Source: an uncultured Dechloromonas sp.
GTDB lineage: Bacteria > Pseudomonadota > Gammaproteobacteria > Burkholderiales > Rhodocyclaceae
NCBI GenBank assembly: GCA_964527745.1
Contig: CAZGPO010000001.1
Span: 1-46,395 of the forward strand
Reading direction: 5' to 3'
Length of the DNA stretch: 46,395 nt
Part shown: piece after piece, positions 44,385 through 46,395 of the stretch
Layout of the letters: each line of letters begins with the position of its first letter
Numbering within the stretch: position 1 is the first letter of the stretch
Made by a program: the position numbers and the translations under genes
Notes under the pieces: generated by a model
Database searches by the model: none
What the model was told of the DNA's origin: nothing
The model's input: only the letters and a program-made list of their open reading frames with translations

Positions 44385-45345
44385 AGTGGTCGTAGCCTCG
44401 TTGTGCGAATTCGATCGGCTGGCGGTCCGGGTCGAAGACCGTCACCGCGCCGGACCCTCCTTCTTCCATGGTGCCGATGCACCACAAGGGCAGTTCCAGC
44501 CGAGCGGCGATGCCGGCTACTGCCTGGGCCTGCGCCGGTGATGTCGTGAAGCACAGTTCGTAGTCGTCGCCGCCGCTCAGCTGGCATTCGAGGGCGATGC
44601 GCCGCAGGTCAGCGTCGTAGCGCTCACCTTTGGGCAGATGCGGAAGTTGCACCAGCTGCACGGCCGCAGCGAGACCCGAGCGTTCGCCGATGTGGCCAAG
44701 GTCGGCGAGCAGCCCATCGGAAACGTCGATGACAGCTGAGGCGACACCGACCAGCGCCTGGCCGAGGGCGACGCGCGGCCGCGGCCGTTCCAGCGCGGCG
44801 ACGCACAGACGGCGCCACGGTTCGGGCAGTTCGACGCGGCCCTGGAGTTGCGCCAGCCCGAGGCTGGCGAGGCCGGGGCGCCCGGAAATCCAGATCAGGT
44901 CGCCGGCCTGCGCGCCGTCGCGGCGCAGCGCTTGGCCCGGTTCGCATTCGCCGAGCGCGGTGATGCAGAGATTGAGCGGGCCGCGCGTCGTGTCGCCACC
45001 GACGACCTCGATCCCGAATTCGGCGGCGCAGGCGAAGAATCCCTCGGCGAATTTGGCGATCCACGGTTCGTCGACCGCTGGCAGGCTGCCGGCTAGCAGC
45101 GCCCAGCGCGGCGTGGCGCCCATTGCAGCGAGGTCGGACAGATTGACGGCGAGCGCTTTCCAGCCGAGGTTTTGCGGGTCGGTGTCGGGTAGAAAATGCG
45201 TGCCGGCGACCAGCATGTCGGTGGTGATAGCGAGCTGCTTGCCGGGTGTCGGTTGCAGCAGGGCGCAGTCGTCGCCGGGGCCGAGGATGGCCGATGGCGT
45301 GGCCTTGGTGAAATACTTGTCGATGAGGGCGAATTCGCCGGGCAT
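44377..45345 (-). CDS. thiL: Thiamine-monophosphate kinase
   Basis: GEFALI, GPGDDCA, VNLSDLAAMGA, GGDTT, IDVSDGL and GGDDYEL. Start revised to the ATG at 45345, which overlaps the nusB stop. Confidence 0.95.
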   Translation of the reverse strand: MPGEFALIDKYFTKATPSAILGPGDDCALLQPTPGKQLAITTDMLVAGTHFLPDTDPQNLGWKALAVNLSDLAAMGATPRWALLAGSLPAVDEPWIAKFAEGFFACAAEFGIEVVGGDTTRGPLNLCITALGECEPGQALRRDGAQAGDLIWISGRPGLASLGLAQLQGRVELPEPWRRLCVAALERPRPRVALGQALVGVASAVIDVSDGLLADLGHIGERSGLAAAVQLVQLPHLPKGERYDADLRRIALECQLSGGDDYELCFTTSPAQAQAVAGIAARLELPLWCIGTMEEGGSGAVTVFDPDRQPIEFAQRGYDHFG

Positions 45346-45833
45346 CAACGGCCCTTTTTCTTGGCTTTCACTTCGGCCGGGCGTACTTCGGCTGCCACCT
45401 TGTCGAGCACGCCATTGACGTACTTGTGGCCATCGGTGCCACCGAACGCCTTGGTCAGCTCGATCGCCTCGTTGATGATGACGCGGTAGGGCGTTTCCGG
45501 ATTCTGGACCAGCTCGCAGGCGCCCATCAGCAGGACGCAGGCCTCGACCGGTGACAGTTCCCTGAACGGGCGGTCGATGTGGGTCGTGACCAGCGCCGTC
45601 AACCTTTCCTGCTGGCCGATGACGCCGCGCAGGGTGGCGACAAAGAAGTCGTTGTCCGCCTTGGCGAAGTTTTCCATCTCGGGAATCTGGGCTTCGATCG
45701 CCGCCTCGTCGGCACCGCCGACCCGCCATTGGTACAGGCCCTGGAGAACGAATTCGCGGGCGCGGCGCCGTGCCGACTTGGGCGGCGCCTTGGCTTCAGG
45801 CGCCTCGCCGGCATCGCGCGGGAAAGCGGTCAT
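45345..45833 (-). CDS. nusB: Transcription antitermination factor NusB
   Basis: [15 protein letters not shown] and [30 protein letters not shown]. Confidence 0.96.
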   Translation of the reverse strand: MTAFPRDAGEAPEAKAPPKSARRRAREFVLQGLYQWRVGGADEAAIEAQIPEMENFAKADNDFFVATLRGVIGQQERLTALVTTHIDRPFRELSPVEACVLLMGACELVQNPETPYRVIINEAIELTKAFGGTDGHKYVNGVLDKVAAEVRPAEVKAKKKGR

Positions 45834-46303
45834 TGGGCGAGCGCGCCGTGCAGATTGGCCATTTCGACTGCTGCCTGGGCGCAGTCGCGGCCCTTTTCCA
45901 GCATGCGGACTTCGGCCTGTTCGTCGGTCTCGCAGGTCAGGATGCCGTTGGCAATCGGGATGCCGGTATCGAGTTGGACATCCATGATGGCACGGCAGGA
46001 ATCGTTCGAGACCACTTCGAAGTGATAGGTTTCGCCGCGAATCACGGCGCCAAGGGCGACCAGCGCGTCGTAACGGCCACTTTGCGCCATGGTCTGCAGA
46101 ACCAGCGGGATTTCCAGCGCGCCCGGCACGTTGGCGATCGCCATGTCGCCGTCGGCGACGCCGAGGCGTTTCAGCTCGGCGACGCAGGCCGAAAGCAGGC
46201 CCTCGCAGACAGGCAGATTGAAGCGGCTCATGACGACGCCGATACGCAGGCCGGCGCCGCTCAGATTATTGTCGTATTCCAGGATATTGTCGAAACGGGA
46301 CAT
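45830..46303 (-). CDS. ribH: 6,7-dimethyl-8-ribityllumazine synthase
   Basis: [25 protein letters not shown] and PIANGILT. Confidence 0.96.
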   Translation of the reverse strand: MSRFDNILEYDNNLSGAGLRIGVVMSRFNLPVCEGLLSACVAELKRLGVADGDMAIANVPGALEIPLVLQTMAQSGRYDALVALGAVIRGETYHFEVVSNDSCRAIMDVQLDTGIPIANGILTCETDEQAEVRMLEKGRDCAQAAVEMANLHGALAQ

Positions 46304-46306
46304 GGT

Positions 46307-46395
46307 TCAGAGCTCCGCAGGAGAAGGGACGAAACCGGTGACTTCGAGGTCGAAGCCGGTCATGGAGGGCATGCGGCGCGGGCTGGAGAGCAGGC
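46307..46395 (-). CDS. ribBA: 3' end of bifunctional RibBA (partial)
   Basis: Translates as ...LLSSPRRMPSMTGFDLEVTGFVPSPAEL*, resembling RibBA C-termini. Position upstream of ribH fits. Confidence 0.7.
   Translation of the reverse strand, partial: LLSSPRRMPSMTGFDLEVTGFVPSPAEL

Noticed and set aside
44377-45729. N-terminally extended ThiL (450 aa), and similar extensions of SoeA/B/C, HynS, AprB and BLUF in the ORF track
   Set aside because: The extensions overlap upstream genes or spacers. Downstream ATGs match the family N-termini and usually the SD or coupling positions.

Overview
This is a betaproteobacterial (Rhodocyclales/Nitrosomonadales-like) chromosomal window. Bases 1 to about 37,700 form a dense sulfur/hydrogen energy-metabolism cluster. 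In order: a FadL-type outer-membrane channel (partial), dsrE2 and tusA; a SulP-STAS transporter fused to tandem USP domains; a six-gene hydrogenase-4-like operon whose large subunit has lost all four NiFe-ligating cysteines (Ehr-type); soeABC; a soluble Cys-rich NarX/NarL-type two-component pair; a type I sqr; a group 1e (Isp-type) [NiFe]-hydrogenase operon with an extra unknown ORF; sat-aprBA plus a YkgJ-family gene; and qmoAB-hdrCB preceded by two uncharacterised genes. The remainder looks like backbone: a HIT-motif hypothetical, hexose-6-P mutarotase, fadH-TetR, a BLUF protein, an orphan HicA-like gene and pgpA-thiL-nusB-ribH-ribBA. I see no RNA genes, CRISPR arrays or transposases. The best candidate for an undescribed system is the nickel-less Ehr complex wedged between the SulP-USP/TusA/DsrE2/FadL genes and SoeABC, together with the cysteine-rich two-component system. 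All calls come from motif recognition by eye; no database searches were run.
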